Source: Macrostomum lignano
Taxonomy: Eukaryota
Length of the DNA: 64,000 nt
Reading direction: 5' to 3'
Assembly: GCA_002269645.1 (NCBI GenBank)
Contig: NIVC01001081.1
Span: 1-64,000 of the forward strand
The position numbers were made by a program, and so were the translations under genes. The notes beneath the pieces are model-generated. The model made no database searches, had not been told where the DNA came from, and saw nothing but the letters and a program-made list of their open reading frames with translations. Of the stretch, positions 1 to 11,494 are shown one piece after another (the stretch's first letter is position 1; every line of letters starts with the position of its first letter).

Positions 1-944
1 AAAAAATTTTCCTACATTGATATCTATAGATATTTTATATCTAATTTTTCCCATAGCCTATTCATATCCATGGGTAATGCATTCCCCATAATGTCACCTC
101 CAAAGTCCTACATATGCTATCAAGGACTCCAATGGCTTTTTTTAATTTTCAGTTCTCAGAAGCTTAGATTAACCACAAGTAGAAATAACAGTCACTAAAT
201 TTTGTTTGTGTCTAAAGCTTGTGTCTAAAGTGTGAATTATGGATATTAATCATTTAAATAGAGAAAATGTATAATATAATTAAGCTTTTAGTCATTTTGT
301 CATATTACATTTTTTATCTTGTAAGATATCTGTTACTTTACCTTAATTTAATATATATCATTAAATGCTATCTTTTAATACCTATGGTATGCTAAATCAT
401 ATTGATTACAAAGAAAAAATAAATTAAAGACACTGGTTCAAGTGAAAATTGTGAAAATATTTTTGTAGTATCCTCATATATGGAGCCTATTCATATTGAT
501 GGTTTGAAAAACAGAATCAGTTCCGGAACAAGGTTCTGGTTCTAGAATATGGTTCAAGAAATTTTCTCAAACCATTATGCATTTGAAGCTCTTCATTTCA
601 CACTGGTTCTGGTTCTAGAACTTGAATTTATTCTGGTTCTAGAACCGATTGCCATGAAGAGGCTCATGTATTAAGCCTAAGCTTGACCTTTGCAGGTCTA
701 TTTTTGAAAATATAAAACAAATTTTAGACAAAAAATCTTATGTGCCTAATATTAATAAGGAATATATATTATAAAAATTGAAAAAATATAAAGATATATT
801 TATAGTTTATAACATGTATAGATAACTACTAGCAATCTTCGCCCCCCGATGGGGGACATCTGGATAGAATCCTTGTTCTTTACAAATAACAAATAGACAG
901 CGAAATAAAGCCTTCATAAGAAACAACAGACATTCCCTCTAAAA

Positions 945-1440
945 ACAAAACATCCCAAGACAGCAAGCATCCTCAGACAGCATTCAAGCATCGATCCACA
1001 AATAGCAAAATCCTCCAGACTGCAAGCATCCCCCAGATAGCAAGCATCCCTCGATAGCAAGCATCCCCCAGATAGCAAGCATCCCCTTGATAGCAAGCAT
1101 CCCCCAGATAGCAAGCATCCCCAGACCCCAGATAGTAAGCATCCCCCAGACTGCAAGCAACCCCTGATAGCAAGCATCCCCCAGATAGCAAGCATCCCCC
1201 AGATAGCAAGCATCCCCCAGACCGCAAGCAACTCCAGATAGCAAGCTTTAACCTGGATACAAAGAGACCTTATAGATATCTAGCAACCCCCTCTTAGATA
1301 GCAAGTACCCTCCACCCCCCAAGAAAAAGCATCTCCCAATAGCAAGTTACCCCAGTAGCAAGCATCCTTCCAATAGCAAGCATCCCCTTGATAGCAAGTA
1401 TCCATCCTTAAATAGCAAGCATCCACCAGAGAAAGTAGCT
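945..1440. repeat. ~18-bp minisatellite (GATAGCAAGCATCCCCCA)n, block A1
   Basis: Tandem, degenerate copies of gatagcaagcatcccc(c)a visible directly. Confidence 0.9.
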
Positions 1441-1479
1441 AGTGCAACAATTTCCTTAGATTTATAGTGGCTCCATTTT

Positions 1480-1800
1480 GTTTGGCATGACACTTCTTTT
1501 ATGTTTGAAACGGTGTCTCTTTTATGTTTAAAAAGGTGCTCTTTAATGTTGACATAGTGGCTCTTCTATGTTTACCATGGCGGCCCTTTTACGTTTGAAA
1601 TGTTGTCTCTGTTATGTTTGACATGGTGGCTCTTCTTTGTTTGACATGGTGGCTTAGTTGTTTGACATGGTGGCTCTTTTATGTTTGACATGCAGTCACA
1701 TATATGTTTGACATGATGGCGCTTTAATGTTTGACATGGAGTCACGTATATGTTTAAAATGGTGGCTCTTTTATGTTTGGCATGGTGACTGTTTAATATT
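1480..1800. repeat. 23-bp minisatellite (TTTGACATGGTGGCTCTTTAATG)n, block B1
   Basis: Degenerate tandem copies of tttgacatggtggctcttt(t/a)atg. Confidence 0.85.
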
Positions 1801-1869
1801 CGACATACAAAAAAACCTTCACAAAGAAAACCGACAAACTGCTCAAATGAAGTGCAATGCAAAAAGAAA

Positions 1870-2155
1870 TCATCCCAAGACAGCAAGCATCACCCAGAGA
1901 GAAAGCATCCCCCAGATAGCAAGCATCCCCCAGATAGCAAGCATCCCCAGATAGCAAGCATCCCCAGATAGCAAGCATCCCCCAGATAGCAAGCATCCCC
2001 CAGATAGCAAGCATCCCCCAGATAGCAAGCACCCCCAGATAGCAAGCATCCCCCAGATAGCAAGCATCACCCAGATAGCAAGCACCCCCCAGATAGCAAG
2101 CACCCCCCCAGATAGCAAGTATCCCCAAATAGCAAGCATCCACCAGACAATAAGT
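1870..2155. repeat. ~18-bp minisatellite, block A2 (same family as 945-1440)
   Basis: gatagcaagcatccccca repeats, followed by the same agtagctagtgc..aatttccttag linker as at ~1435-1460. Confidence 0.9.
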
Positions 2156-2239
2156 AGCTAGTGCGAAAATTTCCTTAGCTTTATAGTGGCTCCTTTAAAA
2201 TTGGCATGACTTAAAATTGGCATTGGCTGGCAATACTTT

Positions 2240-3000
2240 TACGTTTGAAATTGCGTATATTTTATGCTTGACATGGTGGCTCTCTTATGTTTGACATGGT
2301 GGCTCTTTTATGTTAACATGGTGCCTCTTTAATGTTTGACATGGTGCCTCTTTTGTTCGAAATGGTGGCTCTTTAATGTTCAAAATAGTGGTTCTTTAAT
2401 GTTTGACATAAAAACACCTATATGTTTGACATAAAGTCACTTTTACGTTTGACATAGTGGCTCTTTAATGTTTGACATAGTGGCTCTTTAATATTCTACA
2501 TGGTGGCTCTTTAATGTTTGACATGGTGGCTCTTTAATGTTCAACATGGTGGCTCTTTTATGTTTGATATGGTGACTTTTTAATGTTCAACATAGTGGCT
2601 CTTTAATATTCTACATTGTGGCTCTTTTATGTTCGAAATGGTGATTCTTTAATTTTCTTCATGGTGGCTCTTTTATGTTCGAAATGGTGGCTCTTTAATG
2701 TTCGACATGGTGGCTCTTTAATGTTTGCCATGGTGGCTCTTAAATGTTCGAAATATTGGCTCTTTAATATTTTACATGGTGGCTCTTTTATGTTTGGCAT
2801 GGTGGCTCTTTTACGTTTGACATGTTGTCACTTTAATGTTCGACATGGTGGCTCTTTAATGTTTGAAATGGTGACTCTTTTATGTTTTACATGGTGGCTC
2901 TTTAATGTTTAACATAGAGTCACGTATATGTTTTACATGGTGCCCATGTAATGTTTGACATGGTGCCTCTTTTATGTTTGACATTGTGCTTTTTTATGTT
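2240..3000. repeat. 23-bp minisatellite, block B2
   Basis: About 30 degenerate copies of tttgacatggtggctctttaatg. Confidence 0.9.
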
Positions 3001-3659
3001 TAGCAGTTTCATGTTTTCAAGGTGTTTTAATAAAAAAATTATTTTGCACTACTAAGATTCCAACCCAGGTTGCTACGTTGGCAGTCCAGTCTGTTCGTAT
3101 CTAGGCTATCTCTTTTCAATTGGAGTACATGAATTGTGGCCCTTATAATTCAATTCTTACAGCAAGTCAATTAAAGTAAAAAGTTATGACATAATCAATT
3201 TCTCAGTCAGCCAGTATCAGTCTCAGTTCAAGTTAGCAATATGGTTACGCAATTTAAATCAAGTCGTGTGTGCATTTCTTCAACACTGTTTTCAACTTGT
3301 TGTGATGCAATCTTTATCAGAATTGAAATTCAGTCAGTCAGGTTTTTCTCTAGCATTCTTACAATGCATTTCAAGTCGAAAATTTTGCTGGACCTTTGCA
3401 AAAAAGCATATTTTTCGAATATTTAATCCCTTTAGAATTAAGCAATTTCTTAGCCAAGATGCATGTACCATCCCAGGAAAATTTCTGATCGAATGGTGCA
3501 AGTTTGAAGAAAATCGGTTGAGCCAATTTTTCTGAAATCTATCGCATACCCACAGACAACTCATTTTTAGTATATAGGACTAGCCAATTCCAACCCCCGT
3601 TGGGGCTTTCCGTCCAAACTCCAATCACAGTTTTCCCACGCAATAAAATTTCACCCCAC

Positions 3660-4755
3660 TGAATCCCACATCCAAAGAATCCCTCATCCAAAAAATCCCC
3701 CATCTGTAAAATCTCTGATGCAAAGAATTCCCTATCCAAAGAATCCGCCATCTAAAGAACCTCCATCGATAGAATCCACTTAATTCCCCACTTCACACAA
3801 TCCACACAATTCCCCACTCAAGGAATCCTCCTATCTGAAGAATTCCCCATCCAATGAATCGCCCATCCGTAGAATCTCACATGCAAAGAATCCTATATCC
3901 AAAGAATCTTCCATTCAAAGAACCCCCATTGATAGAATCCCGATTCGAAGAATCCCCATCCAATGAATTTCCTATCCAAGGAATCCCCCATACACAGAAT
4001 CCCCATCCAAAGAATCTCAAATCCATCCCTATCCAAAGAATCCCCCTATCCTTCCATATCCAAAGAATCCTAAATCCATCCATATCCAAAGAATCCCCAT
4101 CCATCCCTATCCAAAAAATCCTCATCCATCCATATCCAAAGAATCCCAAATCCATCCCTATCTAAAGAATCCCCCATCCATCCCTATCTAAAGAATCCTC
4201 CTATCTATCCCTATCCAGAAAAACCCAGCATCCATTCTTATCTAAAGAATCCCCCAATCCATCCATATCCAAAGAATCCCCATCTAAATAATGGACATCC
4301 AAATAATCCCCATCCACAAAATCCCCATCTAAATAATCCAAAGATTCTCAAATCCAAATTATCCCTTATCTAAAAAATCATTGACAAAATGATCCCCTCA
4401 TCTAAAGAACCCCGTCCAAATAATCCCAATCCAAAGAATCCAAAGAATCCCACTCCAGAAACCCCCCCTCTAAAGAATCCACATCCAAATAATCCCCATT
4501 AACAGAAACTCCATCCAAAGAATCCAAAGAACCCCCCATCCAAAGAATCCAAAGAATCTCCCATCCAAATAGAATCCTTGGCCAAAGAATCCCCTCATCT
4601 ACAGAACACCCATCCAAATAACCCCCATCTAAAGAATCCCCTCATGCAAATAATCTCCGTCCAAACAATCCAAATCCAATCCAATCCAATCCAAAAGATC
4701 ACTTTATCAAAAGAACCCTTCATCGAAAGAATCCCCACCGAAAGAAGTTCCCAAT
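3660..4755. repeat. Degenerate AAAGAATCCCC/ATCC minisatellite, block D1 (recurs at ~5180-5620)
   Basis: Recurrent ccaaagaatcccc(c)atcc motif. Confidence 0.85.
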
Positions 4756-4764
4756 GAATCATTC

Positions 4765-6640
4765 TACCAAGCCTTGAAATCTCAGTAATTCCCTTCCCCA
4801 AGACTTGACATCTCAAAAATTACCCTTAAACCTTGACATCTCAGTAATTCCCCCCCTAAGACTTGACATCTTAGCAATTTCTCCCCGTCTCTAGTCTTGA
4901 CATTTCAGAAATTCCCACCACGCCTTGACATCTCAGAAATTCCCCCAGTAAGCCTTTATATCTCAGTAATTTCCCCAGTAAGTCTTGCCATCTCAGCAAT
5001 TCCCCTCTGTAAGACTTGACATCTAAGGAATTTCCCATTAAGCAATGAAATCTCAGTAATTCACCTAGTAAGTCTTTATATCTCAGTAATTCCCCCCAGT
5101 AAATCTTGACATCTTAGCTATTTCTCCCAGTCAAAAGCGTTGACATCTCAGCAATTCCCCCCCCCCTAAGACTTGACCTCCACAGAATCTCCACTCAAAG
5201 AATCCCTCATCCAAAGAACCCCCCATCCATCCCTATCCAAAGAACCCCCCATCCATTCCTATCCAAAGAATCCCCCATCCACCCCTATCCAAAGAATCCC
5301 CCTCTTAAGAATCTCCCATTCAAATAATCCCCCATCAAAAGAATCCTTGGCCAAAGATTCCCCTTATTTAAAGAACCACCGTCGAAATACTCCCTATCCA
5401 AAGAATCCCCTCATAAAGAATCCCCCCCCCCAAATAATCTCATATCCAAAGGATCACTCTATAGAAAGAAGCCTTCATCTAAAGAATCCCCCATTCAAAG
5501 AACCCTTCATCGAAATAGTAATCCCCCAACGAAGGAATTCCCCAATGAATCACTATCCAAAGATATATATTAGAACCCTCCCTCATTCAAAGAATCCCCA
5601 ACCCATAGAATTCCCACCAAAGACATGAGATCTCAGCAATTCGCCCTCAGGACTTGAAATCTCTGCAATTCCCTTCCCTAAGATTTTGACATCTCAGAAA
5701 TTCCCCCAAGCCTTCACATCTCAGCAATTCCCCCTTTAGACTTGATATCTCACAGATTTCCCCCCTTCTAAGACTTGACATCTCAGGAATTTCCCCACCA
5801 AGCATTGACATCTCGGAAATTCCCCCAAGCCTTCACATCTCAGCAATTCTCCCCCCCCCCCAAGACTTGACATCTCAGGAATTTCCCCACCAAGCCTTGG
5901 TATCTCAGCAAGTCCCTCTTAAGCCTTGGCATCTCAGCAAGTCCCTCTTAAGCCTTGGCATCTCAGCAAGTCCCTCTTTAGCCTTGGCATCTCAGCAATT
6001 CCCCCCCCAAGACTTGACATCTCAGGAATTTCCCCACCAAGCCTTGGTATCTCAGCAAGTCCCTGTTAAGCATTGACATCTCAGCAATTCCCTCCCCCCT
6101 CTAAGCCTTGACATCTTAGCAATTCCCTCCTCCCTCTAAGCCTTGACATCTCAGCAATTCCCTCCCCCCTCTAAGCCTTGACATCTCAGCAATTCCCTCC
6201 CCCCTCTAAGCCTTGCCATCTCAGCAATTCCCTCCCCCCTCTAAGACTTGACATCTCAGGAATTTCCCCACCAAGCCTTGACATCTCAGCAATTCCCTCC
6301 TCCCTCTAAGCCTTGACATCTCAGCAATTCCCTCCCCCCTCTAAGCCTTGACATCTCAGCAATTCCCTCCCCCTCTAAGCCTTGCCATCTCAGCAATTCC
6401 CTCCCCCCTCTAAGACTTGACATCTCAGGAATTTCCCCACCAAGCCTTGACATCTCAGCGATTCCCTCCTCCCTCTAAGCCTTGACATCTCAGCAATTCC
6501 CTCCCCCCTCTAAGCCTTGCCATCTCAGCAATTCCCTCCTCCCTCTAAGACTTGACATCTCAGCAATTCCCTCCCCCCTCTAAGACTTGACATCTCAGGA
6601 ATTTCCCCACCAAGCCTTGACATCTCAGTGATTCCCCCAG
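4765..6640. repeat. ~25-35-bp minisatellite (AGCCTTGACATCTCAGCAATTCCC...)n, interrupted by a D-type block at ~5180-5620
   Basis: Repeated (a/g)ccttgacatctcagcaattccc units; most homogeneous at ~6070-6620. Confidence 0.9.
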
Positions 6641-7569
6641 TTAGCAATCTTCCCCAAGCAAGCATTCCCAAAAGCAAGCATCCTTCCGATAGCAAGCATC
6701 CCCTGATAGAAAGTACCCCCAGCAAATTGTGAAACAATTTCGTCAGCTATTACAATAATTAATTTCTTATCTATTGGAATAGTCCTTTTTAAAACTTTTC
6801 AAAATTTAAAGTTGAATAAAATTTTTGATTATACTACATGAACGCTCGTAGCTTCTTCTCTGTTACCTGATTTACTTGACATTTTTAAGGTTCCTTTAGC
6901 TTTCTTGAAATTAATTTTTTTAATAAAAAACTTCAACACTAAAAATTCGAACCCACGTTGCTGCATTAGCAGTTCAGTCTGTTTACCTCTAGGCTAGCTC
7001 TCATCGTTTTGATAACATGAATTGTAGCACTTATATATTTCAACACTTTGAAAACTCCCAGCATAGAGTACAATAGAAATCACTCGAAGCAGTTACGATG
7101 TAATCAATTTCTCAGGCAGTCAATATCAGTTTCAATTAATAAAGTCAACAATTAAAGTCAACAATATGGTTACGCAATCTAAATTTAGATCTAATGGCGC
7201 TGGCTTGAATTGTGGAGTTGCGATAAGTAGGGGTTTGCGATATGAGAGAGCGTACAATGAGAATATAGAGTAAAAAGTATAGAAATTTCTTTTTTATGCT
7301 GTGCTTTTAATTTTTCAAATCTCAGCAAACAGATTATATTCTCGAACTCAGCGTTTCTAGCTCTTTCCAGCAATACAAGGCTCTCTTCTGAAAGTGAAAA
7401 ACTCGAAGCACAAACAACGGTTGGACATTCCTGCTTTAAAGCAGCCAAATTCATAAGGTGTACATTCAGCGCCAGCTACAGTGAGAGGCCTGCAGTTGAT
7501 GCATTGAAATTCACAACCAAGCCAATGCCTGGGACTAATTGAATGGCGATACCCACCCCTCAATTCAAT

Positions 7570-7880
7570 AACTTAAAGGTGTTGCGCAACCTTTCAATGC
7601 TTATAGCTCTCCACGCCAGCGTAGAGAACCAATGCTATAGTTGGCACTGAGTTATGATGCAATACAATTCCATCGGCAGTCAGAATGCTTCTCAATCAGA
7701 AAAAAACTGTTTGAACTTTAAAAAACGGGGCAAAAATTGAGTTTTTTGAATATTTAATCCCTAAAAAATGAAGCAATTTCTTAGCAAAATTTTGTGTACC
7801 AGCGCACCATCAATACGCATCGAATGCAGAAAACCCCACGAAATTCCGACCATGTAGAGTCAAGTTAAACGAAGGTTCAT
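7570..7880 (+). mobile_element. Possible terminal fragment of a TTAA-type (Kolobok-like) DNA transposon; related segments at ~3370-3540 and, inverted, at ~19141-19200
   Basis: Begins TTAA+AGG. The segment gaatatttaatccc..aagcaatttcttagc is shared with 3415-3455, and 19141-19195 is a diverged reverse complement of 3372-3430. No transposase or paired TIR found; family assignment is inference. Confidence 0.3.
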
Positions 7881-9910
7881 ATAGATAGGTACATAGTTTT
7901 GATTTTTAGTATATTGGAAGACTTTACTGTCAATAAACAAAGCATATTTTATAATCAAACTAGGCCTATTCAATTTTTAATATTAAGAAATAATTGTTTT
8001 ATTATTAATATTTTTTAAGTAATGATATTGTTGGGTCTATTTGTATTAAAAACAAAACTATTAAAATCTTGATTCTTGACCTTTTTAATAATAAAAAGAT
8101 TAGTACAAAATGAAATCATATTGCTTTGCTACTATGTAGTATGCATACTATAGAAATATAATCCACTTTGTTAACAGCCACTTTGGTATTAGCAACATTC
8201 ATAACAAAGTAGATTTACAACTACCAATACTATATTTCCATGATAATTAAGTTTAGAAACTATTAGTTACATAAAGAACAATTAAACAATTTTACTGCCA
8301 AGTATGGTTTGATTTTATGGTTAAACTAAATTATAATTTGTTTAAATTTGTGCATTAGGCCTACTTTTATAAAAAATTAAAGGCGGCAAAGAATATTATT
8401 ATACAATAGTTGAAAATTGAAAATTTGAATTAAGTAATTATTAATGAATAAAAAATTAGATTTGGTTAATGAAGTCGCTAACTCAGAGATTCCAATGTTC
8501 ATAATATTTGGTCAATAGGATGTTTCAACTTGTACATTTGCATGCATCGAGCACATCCAAAAATTAAAATAAAATTATATGTAGATTAAAATATGTATAG
8601 TTTTTATCATCAATCCAAATCTTAAAGTCTGCAAAAAAATGTAGTTTATTTATTTTTAGTTGTTCTCTCTTTAAAGTTTGTTTGCAAAATCTTCTTACAG
8701 CATATCAATCAATATATACTATATTTAATTATTTCTATACTATATATAGAATTAATATATTAATTACTACCAAAATGGCTATTAACAAATTTGACAACAT
8801 TTGTTATCAAAGTGGCTATTACTGAAGTGGCTAGTATCAAATTTGACTATTACCTACTATAGGCATCACATTATACATGTGCAACCTTGGGAATCACTTG
8901 GCCATTTCTATTGGCTGAGACTGAGAGTAGTCATGTGACTACTATTCCATCAATAGCAACTTATGTGTGTTGCCAATAGAAATGGCCAGGCGAATCCCTA
9001 GGTTGCGCCCAAGCATGATAGGCATATGCCTTGTAATTATGATGTTAGGCCTATTAATTTTAAACAGGGGCATAGGGAGGGGGATAGGGGGGATATATCC
9101 CCCCCAAGACAAGACATTAAACATATTGAGCAATCTGTTGCTAAAATGCTTGCTATGTTACAATACAAAGACTAAACCGAAAAAATGCTATACCTAAGAG
9201 TACAAAATAAAACTTTAAATCTGAAAAAATAGTTACTTACAGTCCACTAAACTTGTAAAGAATTACATGCGGTGCAGCGCCAAGAGCTAAACAATTAAAA
9301 AAGTGAAAAAGTGTCATTTCAACAGTCGAACAGGCTAAGAATATAAAAATCTAATTGTTCTTCTTTGTTTCTCCTGCAAATACTTCAAGAATATGCCTAC
9401 CGGCTACTAAGCACCGAGTGCTAAAGCTTGTGTTGAATACTTGAGCCTTGAATGCAGCTTAAGGCTTCACCATGAGTTTTAGTAAAAAAGCAAAAATGAG
9501 CAACAAACTAACAACTTAAACTGGCGAAAACATGGAAATTGCATTGTCTTGCCTAAAGAGGCCTAGTGTAAATTCGCTGCCTTGCAAAAACAACTAAAGT
9601 TAAGATGAACAACTGCGCTGAATGATACTCAAGCTGACAACAGAAATCTCAAAATAATTGTTTGTTTGAATCCATCCTTTAACATTTGACGGGTTCGTTT
9701 GACAGCAGAGAAATTGTCAGCAGATTAAATGCAAGGACTACTTAAGAAGACAAAGTGACGAAGTGACAAAATGACGAAGTTAACGAAGTGACTTCAGTGG
9801 TCCTTGATGAAATGCCTGGTTCTTACAGAATTTTTTTTTCGTGATAGTAAATATATGAGCCAAGAATTGCTCGATGATAAAGAGATTAATTTTTTTCAAA
9901 CACCTTGCAT

Positions 9911-9995
9911 GGTCATACTCATACAGCTTGGTCATACTCATACAGCTTGGTCATACTCATACAGCTTGGTCATACTCATATAGATTGGTCATACT
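9911..9995. repeat. Left stub (about 4 units) of the 19-bp satellite CAGCTTGGTCATACTCAYA
   Basis: Same unit as 14691-19142, cut off by the LTR start at 9996. Confidence 0.9.
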
Positions 9996-10220
9996 TGTAG
10001 GCGCCTGCTGCCCAGTGCTAGCATGATGTGTTTTTTAGTCCTGGTGTGCATTTGCGATGTACATCCAATATTCTTGGCTTTCTGTTTTTAGTGTACGCAG
10101 TCCCAACTGCAGGGTCGCTGCTAAATATATAAATCGATCGCACAGAGCCTACAATAGATTGAAGCTTTTTCGGCTACACACAACGCATAGCTTTTTTCTC
10201 TCGCAGCTTCGCTCTTTACA
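9996..10220 (+). repeat. 5' LTR (225 bp)
   Basis: TGTAGGCG...CTTTACA; matches 14471-14693. Confidence 0.95.
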
Positions 10221-10221
10221 G

Positions 10222-10235
10222 TGGCGTCGCAAGCC
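10222..10235 (+). promoter_or_regulatory. Putative primer binding site (TGGCGTCGC...)
   Basis: TGG starts 1 nt after the terminal CA of the LTR; cognate tRNA not identified. Confidence 0.65.
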
Positions 10236-10258
10236 GCCTACCGCGCGGTAAACAAATC

Positions 10259-11494
10259 ATGGCAGCCAACTTTCTCTCACTGCCCCCACCTGAGCCATTC
10301 TCAGTATCAGCAGACCCACACAACGCGGGCAAGCGCTGGAGTCAATGGACAGACCGCTTTGAAGACTTCATCGATGCATCAGGCATCACCAACGAGAAGC
10401 AAAAGTGCAAACTACTCAGCTACACAGCAGGCAAGGAAATCACCGACATCATCCGCGAGGAGGCCAAGCCTGCAGCGGCCACAGAGAACGGCCAAGTTAC
10501 ACCCTCAGGCAGACGCTGGACGCTTTGAAGACATTCTTCAACGGAAGAAAAAAACATAGTATTCGCCAGATATCAGTTCCGCCTATGCACCCAGGCCAAC
10601 GGAGAGTCCATCGAATCCTGGTACGCCACACTGCGCACTGCGGCAGAGCCGTGCGACTTCAAACAGCTGAAGGACTCGCTCATCAGAGACCAGCTCGTGG
10701 CAACCTGCAGCTCTGACAAGCTGCGCAGGCGACTGCTTCAGGAGGCGAACATCAGCCTGGAGGAGGCCTTGCGGAAGGCGAGGGCATTCGAGGCTGCTGA
10801 GGAACAAGCAACTGAGATGGAGAAGGCAGACTCGCACGTGGCCAGCGTTGCTAAGGACGACAAGGTGAGAACGAACAGGCGTTGCCCGGCTCAGACGACC
10901 AGCAGGCCAGGCGACCAGCAGCAGCGCACCTGCTACCGCTGCGGCGAGAAAGGCCACGCCACCTGCGACACTGCCAAGGGCAAGATCTGCCACAACTGCG
11001 GTAAGCCCAACCACCTCGCTCTTGCCTGCCGTCAGCCTCGGCAGTCAAACAGCAGCCGGATCCCACAGCAGCAAATCAGCACCAATGCTGTATTCACAGC
11101 TGCCGACGGCTCCGTCAACGAGGATGTGTTCGCGCTGTACAACCGCGACAAATACCCATCCGACGTCTCGCTGACTGTGCAGGTGGCAAACCGGCAGCTT
11201 CCTATGATGATTTACAGCGGAGCCAGCTGCAGCATCATGAGTCTCGGCACCTTCAGAGCGCTCAGCCTGCCAAGCCCACGCCCGACAAGAGCCGAAGTTC
11301 GTGCCTACGGTGTACCGACACCTCTCAGGATTGTGGGTACCGCCGATCTTGACATCCAAGTGGGATCTGCCAGAACAACCGCGACCTTCCACATCATGGA
11401 CGGCGACGGGCTGACGATACTGGGTCGCCAGCCCGCATTCAAGCTAGGAGTGCTGAAGATCCAGCGCCTGAAGCTACCAAGCCGCAAAACATAA
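10259..11494 (+). pseudogene. gag: gag plus aspartic protease of the Gypsy element (frameshifted)
   Basis: MAANFLSLPPPEPF...RWSQWTDRFEDF; LIRDQLVAT...LRRRLLQE; two knuckle-type motifs CYRCGEKGHATC and CHNCGKPNHLALAC; protease motif reads IYSGASCS, i.e. the catalytic Asp is replaced by Tyr. Frameshifts near 10510-10560. Confidence 0.88.

Noticed and set aside
7191-7563. Short minus-strand ORFs in AT-rich DNA
   Set aside because: No motifs, splice support or codon bias.
9060-9905. Possible hAT transposon end and dimerisation-domain remnant (CAGGGGCATAG...GGGGGATATATCCCCCC)
   Set aside because: Only a vague resemblance; no continuous frame, partner TIR or TSD found.
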